From assembly GCA_038152055.1 (NCBI GenBank), contig JAYOWQ010000001.1, positions 24,813-88,812 on the forward strand: a DNA stretch of 64,000 nt, given 5' to 3'. Position 1 is the stretch's first letter; each line of letters begins with the position of its first letter. Positions 46,152-54,946 of the stretch are shown piece by piece. Origin of the DNA: Opitutales bacterium (GTDB lineage Bacteria; Verrucomicrobiota; Verrucomicrobiia; Opitutales; Seribacteraceae). A program made the position numbers and the translations under genes. The notes under the pieces were generated by a model. That model saw only the letters and a program-made list of their open reading frames with translations, was not told where the DNA came from and searched no databases.

Positions 46152-47423
46152 CTAAAAGTTAAAACTTTCCTCAACTAAATCCAATATCCTAGGATCCCTT
46201 TTGGATATGCGTACCACTTTCTCATCCAAATCAATTTTTACGATACGAAACTCTCTGCCTCCAATGGATATGTTTTTTCCAAGATCATTGCTGGTAAATT
46301 CAATTTGGTTGTCCGTGTAACCATCTAGGACGACATTGAATAAAAAAGTGACCGTTCCAGCATAAACCTCTGTCATCAAGCTATTTATTTCAAATGCATT
46401 AGGAATGGACACGTCCTTCACCATCGCCCTGCCGACAGGACGCAACCCGCCAGTTTGAGGATTTTTATGCTGCTGAACGACAAAATGTTCGATGATAAGA
46501 AGCCTTTCGGGGTCATTTAAATCACAGGCCACAAGACTGGGTTGACCCGGTTTCCTCAATGCATTTCGCTTGTAAGGCACATTCGGGACGAGACGATTTC
46601 TTACGGGGCGTTGGGAGGTAGGGCTCTCGAAAACTTTTAAATCCTCAAAATAAGGCGTGTCACCAATCCAACTGCTTAAACGAAAGGGATAGGGCAATCT
46701 TGATGCAGATACGAATTGTAGACCGAAAGGCTCCGGTGGTTCTTCTACGATAATATCAGGTAAGCGTGTCGTTAGCCTTCCTTCATGAACATAAATGATT
46801 GGAGGAGTGAATAAGTCGTACCCACTCAAATTTAAGTCAGATACATTACGCGTCCAACGAGGATAAACGGAATTCACAGTAATGTCATCCCCCGAACTGT
46901 TCTGCTGGTAGTATGAAATGTCATCGAAGGAATCATCAAAGTTGGCTGAATTGCCAAGATTGATGACCTGCAAGCCCTTGATTTTATGAATTTTACTAAA
47001 AGGTACTACTTGCGTTTCTCTGCCCGACCGAATTGCCAGCGAATCATTGGTTTTTTCCCAATTTAAATCTAGGAAACAATCCTTTCGAGCAGAACCATTC
47101 ACTATATTACCATCTTTTAGCGTTACCTCTATCTCACTATTTCGCTCCAATGTTATTGAATGTACGAGTGAAGACTCCCAGGCGTCATCCCTTCGGAAAT
47201 AAATTTTATTGCCAGGCATAATTTGAGTAACGTGATAAAAAGATAAAAGTACCTCATTGTTTTCGTAAAAGAGTTCGTAAAAGGATGATTCGGTGGTTTG
47301 TTCAAAGCTTGTGGACTCACTAAAAATTAAATAGACGAATGAAAGCAAAAAAAGAAAAAAAGATAGTACTAAAACAATCTTGTCATAATAAGATCTAATA
47401 AAAGTCTTCATGCTAAAGATCAC
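46152..47423 (-). CDS. Amuc_1099-like pilus/secretion accessory protein
   Basis: N-terminal YDKIVL+TM segment, YDLFTPPIIY; lies directly upstream of the secretin. The Amuc_1099 label rests mainly on synteny. Confidence 0.55.
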   Translation of the reverse strand: MIFSMKTFIRSYYDKIVLVLSFFLFLLSFVYLIFSESTSFEQTTESSFYELFYENNEVLLSFYHVTQIMPGNKIYFRRDDAWESSLVHSITLERNSEIEVTLKDGNIVNGSARKDCFLDLNWEKTNDSLAIRSGRETQVVPFSKIHKIKGLQVINLGNSANFDDSFDDISYYQQNSSGDDITVNSVYPRWTRNVSDLNLSGYDLFTPPIIYVHEGRLTTRLPDIIVEEPPEPFGLQFVSASRLPYPFRLSSWIGDTPYFEDLKVFESPTSQRPVRNRLVPNVPYKRNALRKPGQPSLVACDLNDPERLLIIEHFVVQQHKNPQTGGLRPVGRAMVKDVSIPNAFEINSLMTEVYAGTVTFLFNVVLDGYTDNQIEFTSNDLGKNISIGGREFRIVKIDLDEKVVRISKRDPRILDLVEESFNF

Positions 47424-48465
47424 CTAGAAATAGGGAATTGAAAACTTGGTCAGTAAACTGGGTAGAATAGTTTTTATTCAAGGAATCCTTGATTGAAGAC
47501 AAGTTTGTTGCTAAATCGTAATTTAAGCCGTGAATATATTCGATGTGTAATTCAAAAATAGACTCAACGTTATCAACAATCGGTAAAATATCAATTTTCG
47601 AATTAGATTCCTCAACTGGTTGTATTTCATTTTCTTTGTTTATTATTTTGTGATTTCCCAATCGAAACGTTTTGAAAAAAGACAAATGAAAGGGTGGTCG
47701 TAATTGATTTATAAATGATCTTGCATTGTTAGTATTTCCTTTGAATTTAAGTCCAAAAACAAAGCTTTTTACAAAACCAGTGTTACGCAATAAATCCTGT
47801 TCATTGAAATCAATAAGGTCATCACCTATATGTTTTTTATCAACAAAACCAACGGGTTCTCTTTTAATGGAGATGAGTGAAATGGATTTCTCCTTCGATG
47901 AATCAAGAATGTAATCAACTAATTCCTTGATGACAACAGATTGAAAACCTAAAAGATTAGCCTCCACAATATCGAAATTAGGCCAAAATCCATCATAGGC
48001 CGAAAGACCAAATCCAAAATTTTCGTCATTATTTACATTGGAGAATTCATAATCAAGTGACATTTCTTTTTGGGCTTCGAGTCTTATGCCTCCTTGGGAC
48101 GCACGCATTCTCAAGTTGGGAAGTAACCTATTAATCTCTCCATTGATAAGAGCAACCGATTTATTACTATATTTACTACTTAAATTCTCTTCATTATTAT
48201 GTAGATTTTGAAGTAGGTTTTGAGCAGACCGAGCCTTGTAAAGTGTTTTATTTAGATCAATTTCGGCAAAATTTAGATCTGTTTTTACCATATTGTATAA
48301 AAAGATCTTGTTTTCAATTTTTATTTTCTCATTGTAGAGATCATTTAGCATGGACAAAGAAGTGTGTAATTCTCTTTTCTTAAAATTTAATAAAAATACA
48401 ATAATTAAAAATATGAGTAGCGTAAAAGATAGAGCCACTATCAACTTTATATTGATTATTTTCAT
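47413..48465 (-). CDS. Amuc_1100-like (PilO/GspM-like) bitopic protein
   Basis: N-terminal TM, coiled coil, FGFGLSAY, FxLKFKG...ARSFINQL; lies between the PilM-like and Amuc_1099-like genes. Confidence 0.6.
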   Translation of the reverse strand: MKIINIKLIVALSFTLLIFLIIVFLLNFKKRELHTSLSMLNDLYNEKIKIENKIFLYNMVKTDLNFAEIDLNKTLYKARSAQNLLQNLHNNEENLSSKYSNKSVALINGEINRLLPNLRMRASQGGIRLEAQKEMSLDYEFSNVNNDENFGFGLSAYDGFWPNFDIVEANLLGFQSVVIKELVDYILDSSKEKSISLISIKREPVGFVDKKHIGDDLIDFNEQDLLRNTGFVKSFVFGLKFKGNTNNARSFINQLRPPFHLSFFKTFRLGNHKIINKENEIQPVEESNSKIDILPIVDNVESIFELHIEYIHGLNYDLATNLSSIKDSLNKNYSTQFTDQVFNSLFLGDL

Positions 48466-50171
48466 TTTAAAACGATCTCTATTTCAAATTGTGTGTAGAA
48501 ACGATTCATTAAATCACCCTTACCCTCGATTGAAAATGACTTTTTTGATATATGGTCAGTTATGGACAGATCTTTAATTGCAGAAATCAAAGAGTGTTGT
48601 TGATCAGTGTTTTTATCTATTAGGGAATTAAGTTTATCATCCGGTGAAGCATAATCATTCTCTTCTAATCGTACGAGATAACGACCACATAATTTAAGTT
48701 TTGAAAAATATTGAGATTCAATCTCCATAACTGGATACAATTCATCAAACCACAAATCCCTGACAACTGAATCTTGAAGTAAGCTTTCAAGTGAATCCAG
48801 GATTTTTGTATTTCGGTAAAGTAGATGATTAAATTGATTTAAATTAATTAATTGATCATTGAGTCTATTAGAAATTATTTGATAGGTATTTAATTTTTCC
48901 TGCTTTTCCAACAAAGAATTAATTAACTGATTATTCCTTGAGATATTACTACTTAGATCACGATGCAATTCCTGTACATTGGTTACATCATTGTCTATCG
49001 AAAAATAAATTGGCAAAGGAGTGAAAGAAAAAAGAATTGAAGCAACTATGAGTAAAGGTATTTTTTTCTTTTGTTCGAAAGCAAGTAATGAACTTTGCGG
49101 AAGCAAACTTATTATCTTGTCAATCTCGTCAAAAAATATTGATTTAGCTAGTGACAATGATTCTGATATAGCACACGAAATTTTTGGTAAATCATCACGA
49201 TTGACCTCTTTTCCTACTGTCAAATCCTTGTATGGATCCAAGAAGGCGATTGGTATCTGCAGACACTGACCAAGAAATTGCGTAAGTCCGGGAATCAGGG
49301 AAGATTGCCCAGTGATAAAAAAGATTTGAGGTAATTTTCCTTTTTTTAATCTCTTGTAATTTACAACGGCACGAGAGATTTCTTGTCCAAGCTTTGTAAA
49401 ATATGTTGTTTGGGCAACTTGCAATTGATCGTTAATTAATCTATTTTCCGTATTGCCTTCGTTTATCTTTGCAAGTTGCTTAATTTTTAGGGTTTCAGCC
49501 TTGTCAAAAGTCAAATTAGTCGAGTCGGAGATCAACTGAGTGAGGTTAGATCCTCCAATGGGTGTATTTCGCACGAGAAATCCAGTACTTCCATGAAATA
49601 TCAAATCTGTAGATTTTGCTCCAAAATTTCCAAAAATTATATCAGAATAGTTTTTCGTATCTTGGTAACTCTCAATTGTTTTGTGATTGAGGATTGTGCT
49701 AGGATACATTCCTTTTAGCATCATGCCGTTTTGAAAAAAAACTCTCGATAGTTTTTCTGCATGCACTTTTTTGACTGCAAACGTAAGAATTTCCTGCTCA
49801 ATTCCATCATCGTCGATAACTTGATAATTCCACTCCATTTCGTCTAGCGAAAATGGCATTTTTTGCGATAATTCAAAAGATACGATTTTAGACTGTTTAT
49901 CGATATCGACTTTTGGCACACGGATGGTTTTTATCAAAAGCTTGTTGCTTGGAAGTATAGCGTAAACCGGACCCTTAATATTTTCACCGAGTGATATATT
50001 TTTTATACATTCTGATATTTGACTAATCCAATCATCGTCATCTGCTTTTGGCTGAAAACTTTTTTGCACAAAATTGTCTAGCTTAATTTTTTCATTTCCC
50101 AAGACAGAAAACGATGTGGCACTCACATTGCCACTTCCCAAATTAAATATCTGCGTACTTTTTTTCCCCAT
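48462..50171 (-). CDS. pilM: PilM-like actin-fold protein fused to a PilN-like TM/periplasmic part (Amuc_1101-like)
   Basis: FELSQKMPFSLDEMEWNYQ, NFGAKST, IGGSNLT, AETLK, FITGQSSLIPGL; then ISLLP, TM helix, coiled coil, DLWFD. Confidence 0.78.
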   Translation of the reverse strand: MGKKSTQIFNLGSGNVSATSFSVLGNEKIKLDNFVQKSFQPKADDDDWISQISECIKNISLGENIKGPVYAILPSNKLLIKTIRVPKVDIDKQSKIVSFELSQKMPFSLDEMEWNYQVIDDDGIEQEILTFAVKKVHAEKLSRVFFQNGMMLKGMYPSTILNHKTIESYQDTKNYSDIIFGNFGAKSTDLIFHGSTGFLVRNTPIGGSNLTQLISDSTNLTFDKAETLKIKQLAKINEGNTENRLINDQLQVAQTTYFTKLGQEISRAVVNYKRLKKGKLPQIFFITGQSSLIPGLTQFLGQCLQIPIAFLDPYKDLTVGKEVNRDDLPKISCAISESLSLAKSIFFDEIDKIISLLPQSSLLAFEQKKKIPLLIVASILFSFTPLPIYFSIDNDVTNVQELHRDLSSNISRNNQLINSLLEKQEKLNTYQIISNRLNDQLINLNQFNHLLYRNTKILDSLESLLQDSVVRDLWFDELYPVMEIESQYFSKLKLCGRYLVRLEENDYASPDDKLNSLIDKNTDQQHSLISAIKDLSITDHISKKSFSIEGKGDLMNRFYTQFEIEIVLK

Positions 50172-50201
50172 TTAATTAATACTCAAAAAATTTTGCAGAC
50201 T

Positions 50202-50867
50202 TTACAAATTCCAATCCACTGGCCCTAAATATTTTAGGTTTGACGTGTCCATTAAATGACCGGGAACGAGAATACCTTCATTTTCCGTTGATCTGTTCAA
50301 TGCATCTTCCTTAAATTTTTTCAATACTTCATCATTTGTATAATTTTCAAAAACAATTGATTTTGAAACATTAAATGGTTTACCTTTCCTTGAAAATTCT
50401 ACCACATAGCCGACAAGTTTTGGTACCGACCCCGTGTATTCGTCCCTTTTTGCGATGATTGCCGGGAACAGGAACACGGCAATCTTTGTAGATCTGTCGA
50501 TTTCCAATACCTGAATTTTTAAATCCGATGAATAATATTCGTTGAACTTTATGTCTTTCTTGTCTCCTCGAGCATATTTTCTCTTGAATTCGTTTCTAAA
50601 GCAAATCGTCAATCTAATTTCCAAATCATCAAGAAAATCAGGGTTGAATACTTCCTCAAGCGAACTTGGTCTGCCTCCCTCCAGGTTTTCAATTTCCGGG
50701 TGCCCATTGAGTTTGAATGGAACCGAAACTTTCAACCATGTATCGCTTGCTCTTGATATTTCAGGTTCTCCATCCATTTGGACGAAGGCGTCTTCTCTTT
50801 CATTTGCGAGCAATACGTTAATTAGCGAGAGGAAAGCAATCAATAATCCGAGTGATTTTTTTTTCAT
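50202..50867 (-). CDS. Amuc_1102-like exported protein, first gene of the secretin cluster
   Basis: Signal peptide MKKKSLGLLIAFLSLINVLLA (ATG 50867), WLKVSVPF; synteny with the PilM-secretin block. Confidence 0.5.
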   Translation of the reverse strand: MKKKSLGLLIAFLSLINVLLANEREDAFVQMDGEPEISRASDTWLKVSVPFKLNGHPEIENLEGGRPSSLEEVFNPDFLDDLEIRLTICFRNEFKRKYARGDKKDIKFNEYYSSDLKIQVLEIDRSTKIAVFLFPAIIAKRDEYTGSVPKLVGYVVEFSRKGKPFNVSKSIVFENYTNDEVLKKFKEDALNRSTENEGILVPGHLMDTSNLKYLGPVDWNL

Positions 50868-50935
50868 GTTTTTCGTAATGATCTTGGAGACTCGATTACA
50901 TTCTAGTACTCGGTATTGGTAAACAAGAATTTTCA

Positions 50936-51421
50936 ATGTCATTCAAAATCTCATGTCTTCTTTTTATTAGGGATGCGTCTGGTCGACTGCTTCTCATCAA
51001 GCGGGCCAAAAAGCCAAATTTAGGTCTTTGGAGCCCGCCGGGAGGCAAATTAGATATGGAATTAGGTGAGTCACCGGTAGAATGCGCAAAACGGGAGGCA
51101 TTTGAGGAAACTGGGGTGGTGCATCGCGATCATCAACTCCGATTATTCGGATATGTTTCTGAAAAAAATTACGAGAATGAAGGACATTGGCTAATGTTTT
51201 TATTCGAATCCCTGCTTGTTATCGAACATTTGCCGGAAAGTTTCGATGAGGGTCATTTTAATTTCTTTCACCGTTCGCAAATCAATGAACTTCCCATTCC
51301 CCCTTCCGATCATAAGTTAATCTGGCCATACTATGACAATAGATCCTCCGGCTTTTGGGGAATAAAGGCAGACTGCTCATCCGGTCTTGATTTAAACGTT
51401 GAAGTAAATCCTGAATTGTAA
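50936..51421 (+). CDS. NUDIX hydrolase (MutT-like)
   Basis: Nudix box GGKLDMELGESPVECAKREAFEETG. Confidence 0.9.
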   Translation: MSFKISCLLFIRDASGRLLLIKRAKKPNLGLWSPPGGKLDMELGESPVECAKREAFEETGVVHRDHQLRLFGYVSEKNYENEGHWLMFLFESLLVIEHLPESFDEGHFNFFHRSQINELPIPPSDHKLIWPYYDNRSSGFWGIKADCSSGLDLNVEVNPEL

Positions 51422-51437
51422 GATTAGTCAGGGTCGC

Positions 51438-52577
51438 ATGGAAGGCATTTATCACGATACCGATTTGGAGGATTCCTCTGTCCCGCCCGTCGATCGTTCA
51501 GCTTCTGACAAACCCATGGCTCTAGCTGAGTTTGACCAGGCTGCGATCAATCAATCCCTCGAGGATGAGGAGAAGGTTAGGTTGTACTCCCTGATGATTC
51601 GCATCAGGCGTTTCGAAGAACGCTCTTTGCGAGCTTACCAACAAGGGCACATTGGAGGCTTTCTTCACTTATACATAGGACAGGAAGCGGTCGCAGTAGG
51701 TGCCGTTTCCGTGATGTCTCCTGACGATCACGTTATAACTGCATATCGCGACCATGGTCACGCTCTTGCAGTTGGGATGGATATGGATGAGTGTATGGCA
51801 GAATTACTCGGTAAAAAAACGGGTTGCTCAAAAGGAAAGGGTGGCTCCATGCATTTTTTTGCGCCTGATAAGAATTTTTGGGGCGGACACGGTATTGTCG
51901 GAGGGCAGACTCCTTTGGGGCTTGGTATTGCCTATGCATTAAAGTACAGGGGAATTCAGGGCGCCTGTCTATGTTTCATGGGGGATGGGGCCACCAATCA
52001 GGGACCTTTCTATGAATCTCTAAATCTTGCATCACTTTGGAACTTGCCCGTTATATACATCATCGAAAACAACGGATACTCGATGGGCACATCCGAATCC
52101 AGGCATTCCGCGGGCGAGTCTTTGGCTCGCAGGGCAGAAGTTTTTGACGTAAAGTGGTCTGTTCATCAGGGTCACGATCTTTACGAAGTTCGAAATGCCG
52201 TACATCACGCCCTCGAACTCGCTCGAAATGAATCCAGGCCTTCCGTTTTGGAAATTGTAACTTACAGATACAGAGGTCATTCGGTCGCAGATCCGGATCA
52301 AACTTACCGCAGTAAAGAAGAAATCGAGGAGTACAAGAAAAACAAGGACCCAATCAACCTGTTCCGGGAAAAATTAATGGCAGAAGGCTCACTGACCGCT
52401 GAAAAGGCTAACGAGTTGGATAAGGCTGCAAAAGATGAGGCTGAAGCATCCGCTGAGTTCGCAATTTCCAGCCCCTTTCCCGACCCTTCTGAGTTAATGG
52501 ATGACATTTACTGGGAAACGGATAACAAAGCTGATCGAGTTTCTGAAGGAACAATGTTTTTTGAAATCCCTGAATAA
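51438..52577 (+). CDS. pdhA: Pyruvate dehydrogenase E1 alpha
   Basis: GFLHLYIGQEA, YRDHGH, GKGGSMH, GDGATNQG, TYRYRGHS. Confidence 0.95.
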   Translation: MEGIYHDTDLEDSSVPPVDRSASDKPMALAEFDQAAINQSLEDEEKVRLYSLMIRIRRFEERSLRAYQQGHIGGFLHLYIGQEAVAVGAVSVMSPDDHVITAYRDHGHALAVGMDMDECMAELLGKKTGCSKGKGGSMHFFAPDKNFWGGHGIVGGQTPLGLGIAYALKYRGIQGACLCFMGDGATNQGPFYESLNLASLWNLPVIYIIENNGYSMGTSESRHSAGESLARRAEVFDVKWSVHQGHDLYEVRNAVHHALELARNESRPSVLEIVTYRYRGHSVADPDQTYRSKEEIEEYKKNKDPINLFREKLMAEGSLTAEKANELDKAAKDEAEASAEFAISSPFPDPSELMDDIYWETDNKADRVSEGTMFFEIPE

Positions 52578-52583
52578 ATTTTT

Positions 52584-53561
52584 ATGTTCACGATAACTTA
52601 CAGAGAGGCACTTAACCAAGCTCTTTCAGAGGAAATCGAGCGTGACTCGAACGTGGTTCTGCTTGGCGAGGAGGTCGCTCAGTTCAAAGGGTCATACAAG
52701 GTTTCCGAAGGTATGTTGGAAAAGTTTGGCCCCGAACGCATCATAGATACTCCTATAAGTGAGGCGGCTTTCTCCGGCTTGGCAATAGGTGCTGCCATGA
52801 TGGGCATGAGGCCCGTCGTCGAATTTATGTTTTGGAGTTTTTGTTACGTCGCCTTCGATCAAATTTTTAACAACGCTGCAAGTATCAGATATATGTCTGG
52901 TGGATTGATTAACGTTCCTATCGTTTTCCGGGGACCGGCAAATGGAGGAACCAACGTAGGCGCCACCCACTCTCACACTCCTGAAAATTTTGCCGCCAAT
53001 ACCCCTGGTCTCAAGGTTATATGCCCAGCCACTCCTGCAGATGCCAAAGGCATGATGAAGTCAGCCATTCGTGACAATGATCCGGTTTGTGTCATGGAAA
53101 ATACCATTCTTTACAATTTACAGGGCGAGGTGCCCCAGGAGGAAGATTTTCTTATTCCGCTTGGGAAAGCTCGTATTGCCAAGGAAGGAACGGATATTTC
53201 TATAATTTCTCATGGTCGATCCGTTCACACCGCTATGTCCGTTGCCGAAACCCTTGAGGAGAAACACAGGGTCTCGGCCGAGGTTTTGGACTTGCGCTCC
53301 ATTCGACCACTGGATGAAGAGGCTATCATAAATACGGTGAAAAAAACCAATCGAGTGCTTTTGGTGGAGGAAAACAAGCCCTTTTGCGGGGTTGATGCAC
53401 AAATTGCCTTCATGATTCAAGACCGTGCGTTTGACTTTTTGGACGCGCCCATCAAAAGGGTATCCGCAATCGACGCCCCCCAAGCTTACAGCAAAGCGCT
53501 TGAAGGCTTTCAGATTCCCAACCATGACAGAGTCCTCACGAGGGCATTGGAAATTCTTTAG
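52584..53561 (+). CDS. pdhB: Pyruvate dehydrogenase E1 beta
   Basis: LGEEV, RIIDTPISE, RPVVEFM, VFRGP, EVLDLRSIRPLD. Confidence 0.95.
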   Translation: MFTITYREALNQALSEEIERDSNVVLLGEEVAQFKGSYKVSEGMLEKFGPERIIDTPISEAAFSGLAIGAAMMGMRPVVEFMFWSFCYVAFDQIFNNAASIRYMSGGLINVPIVFRGPANGGTNVGATHSHTPENFAANTPGLKVICPATPADAKGMMKSAIRDNDPVCVMENTILYNLQGEVPQEEDFLIPLGKARIAKEGTDISIISHGRSVHTAMSVAETLEEKHRVSAEVLDLRSIRPLDEEAIINTVKKTNRVLLVEENKPFCGVDAQIAFMIQDRAFDFLDAPIKRVSAIDAPQAYSKALEGFQIPNHDRVLTRALEIL

Positions 53562-53569
53562 GGCGATTC

Positions 53570-54871
53570 ATGGCAACGATCATTGAAATGCCCAAGCTTA
53601 GCGACACCATGACTACGGGCACGGTGGTAAAGTGGCACAAGCAGGTGGGCGACTCAGTTTTCAACGGAGATATTCTTGCGGAAATTGAAACCGACAAAGC
53701 CACCATGGAATTGGAAAACTTTGATGACGGCATTCTTCTCTCTCTTTATGTCGAGGAGGGAGAAGAGGTGGATATTGGCTACGCTCTTGCCGCTGTTGGT
53801 CAAGAGGGTGAAGCTGTTCCAGAGATACGGATCAAGGAACCCGAGAAAACGGCCTCAACGCTTGAGAAAGAAGAATTTCGTGAGGAAATTGTTGAGAGTT
53901 CACTCCCTGATGTCTCTTTGGAGACCGATTCAGATCGATCGTCTCCCCAAGGCGGTGGAAGGCTATTGGCCTCGCCTCTTGCAAAGAAAATTGCTCGTGA
54001 GCAAAATATCGATTTGTCCAACATTAAGGGTTCGGGCGCGGGGGGAAGAATTACCCGAAAAGATTTATTCAATCTTGCTCCGAGTCAAATGGAGCAGGAA
54101 GTCGTTTCTCCTCTGCCCTCTACATACACTGGCTCTGGCTCGGTATTTTCCGGTCGCGCTCACTCAAGGTCTCTTGAGGAAAAACGGGTTCCAGTCACTA
54201 AAATGCGTTCGATCATAGCGAAGAGATTACTGGAATCCAAGACCACCATTCCCCACTTTTATCTCCAGCGAGAACTGGATGCCCGCCCTTTGAGATTGTC
54301 TAGAGAGTCCATTAACAGGAAGCTTTCTCTTTTGGGTGAAAACATCAAGGTTTCGTTGAATGACTTCATTCTCAAGGCGTGCGCGGCCTCCATTCCATGG
54401 GCACCCGAAATCAACTCCTCCTGGGGCGAGGATCATATAAACTTCCACAAAGAGGTGAACCTTGCTTTTGGCGTTGCAGTAGATGATGGTTTGGTCACTC
54501 CGGTCATTCGCAACGCCGATTGCAAATCCTTGGTAGAAATCTCCCGAGAGGCCAAAGACTTGATTAATCGCGCTAGGACAAAAAAATTGCCACCGGACGA
54601 GATGTCTGGATCTACTTTCACGGTTACGAATTTAGGTATGTTTGGTATAGATTTTTTTAGCGGGATTATAAACCCGCCCAACGCTGCCATTTTGTCCGTT
54701 GGCTCATCACAAAGAAAAGTGGTGCCATCCCCGGATGGTACGATCGAGCTTGGCGAAAGAATGGTGTTGGGGCTGAGTTGTGACCATCGCTTGGTGGATG
54801 GAGCGGTTGCTGCAAAGTTTTTTCAGGTTCTTGCAGATACTTTGGAATGTCCCGCATCCTTGCTGGTTTAA
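53570..54871 (+). CDS. pdhC: Dihydrolipoamide acetyltransferase E2 (single lipoyl domain)
   Basis: MPKLSDTM, IETDKATME lipoyl lysine, ASPLAKK, GSGAGGRI, SCDHRLVDG. Confidence 0.95.
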   Translation: MATIIEMPKLSDTMTTGTVVKWHKQVGDSVFNGDILAEIETDKATMELENFDDGILLSLYVEEGEEVDIGYALAAVGQEGEAVPEIRIKEPEKTASTLEKEEFREEIVESSLPDVSLETDSDRSSPQGGGRLLASPLAKKIAREQNIDLSNIKGSGAGGRITRKDLFNLAPSQMEQEVVSPLPSTYTGSGSVFSGRAHSRSLEEKRVPVTKMRSIIAKRLLESKTTIPHFYLQRELDARPLRLSRESINRKLSLLGENIKVSLNDFILKACAASIPWAPEINSSWGEDHINFHKEVNLAFGVAVDDGLVTPVIRNADCKSLVEISREAKDLINRARTKKLPPDEMSGSTFTVTNLGMFGIDFFSGIINPPNAAILSVGSSQRKVVPSPDGTIELGERMVLGLSCDHRLVDGAVAAKFFQVLADTLECPASLLV

Positions 54872-54946
54872 TTTAATATCACCTTTTCCGCCAATCTCAC
54901 AAATTTCCGCGACTCCTGTAGCATAGTTTGGTTCATGATATTTCGA

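Noticed and set aside
46150-50900. Low-GC block as a mobile genomic island
   Set aside because: No integrase, transposase, tRNA or flanking direct repeats, and the genes are in native order with the higher-GC secretin. It is kept only as a compositional anomaly.
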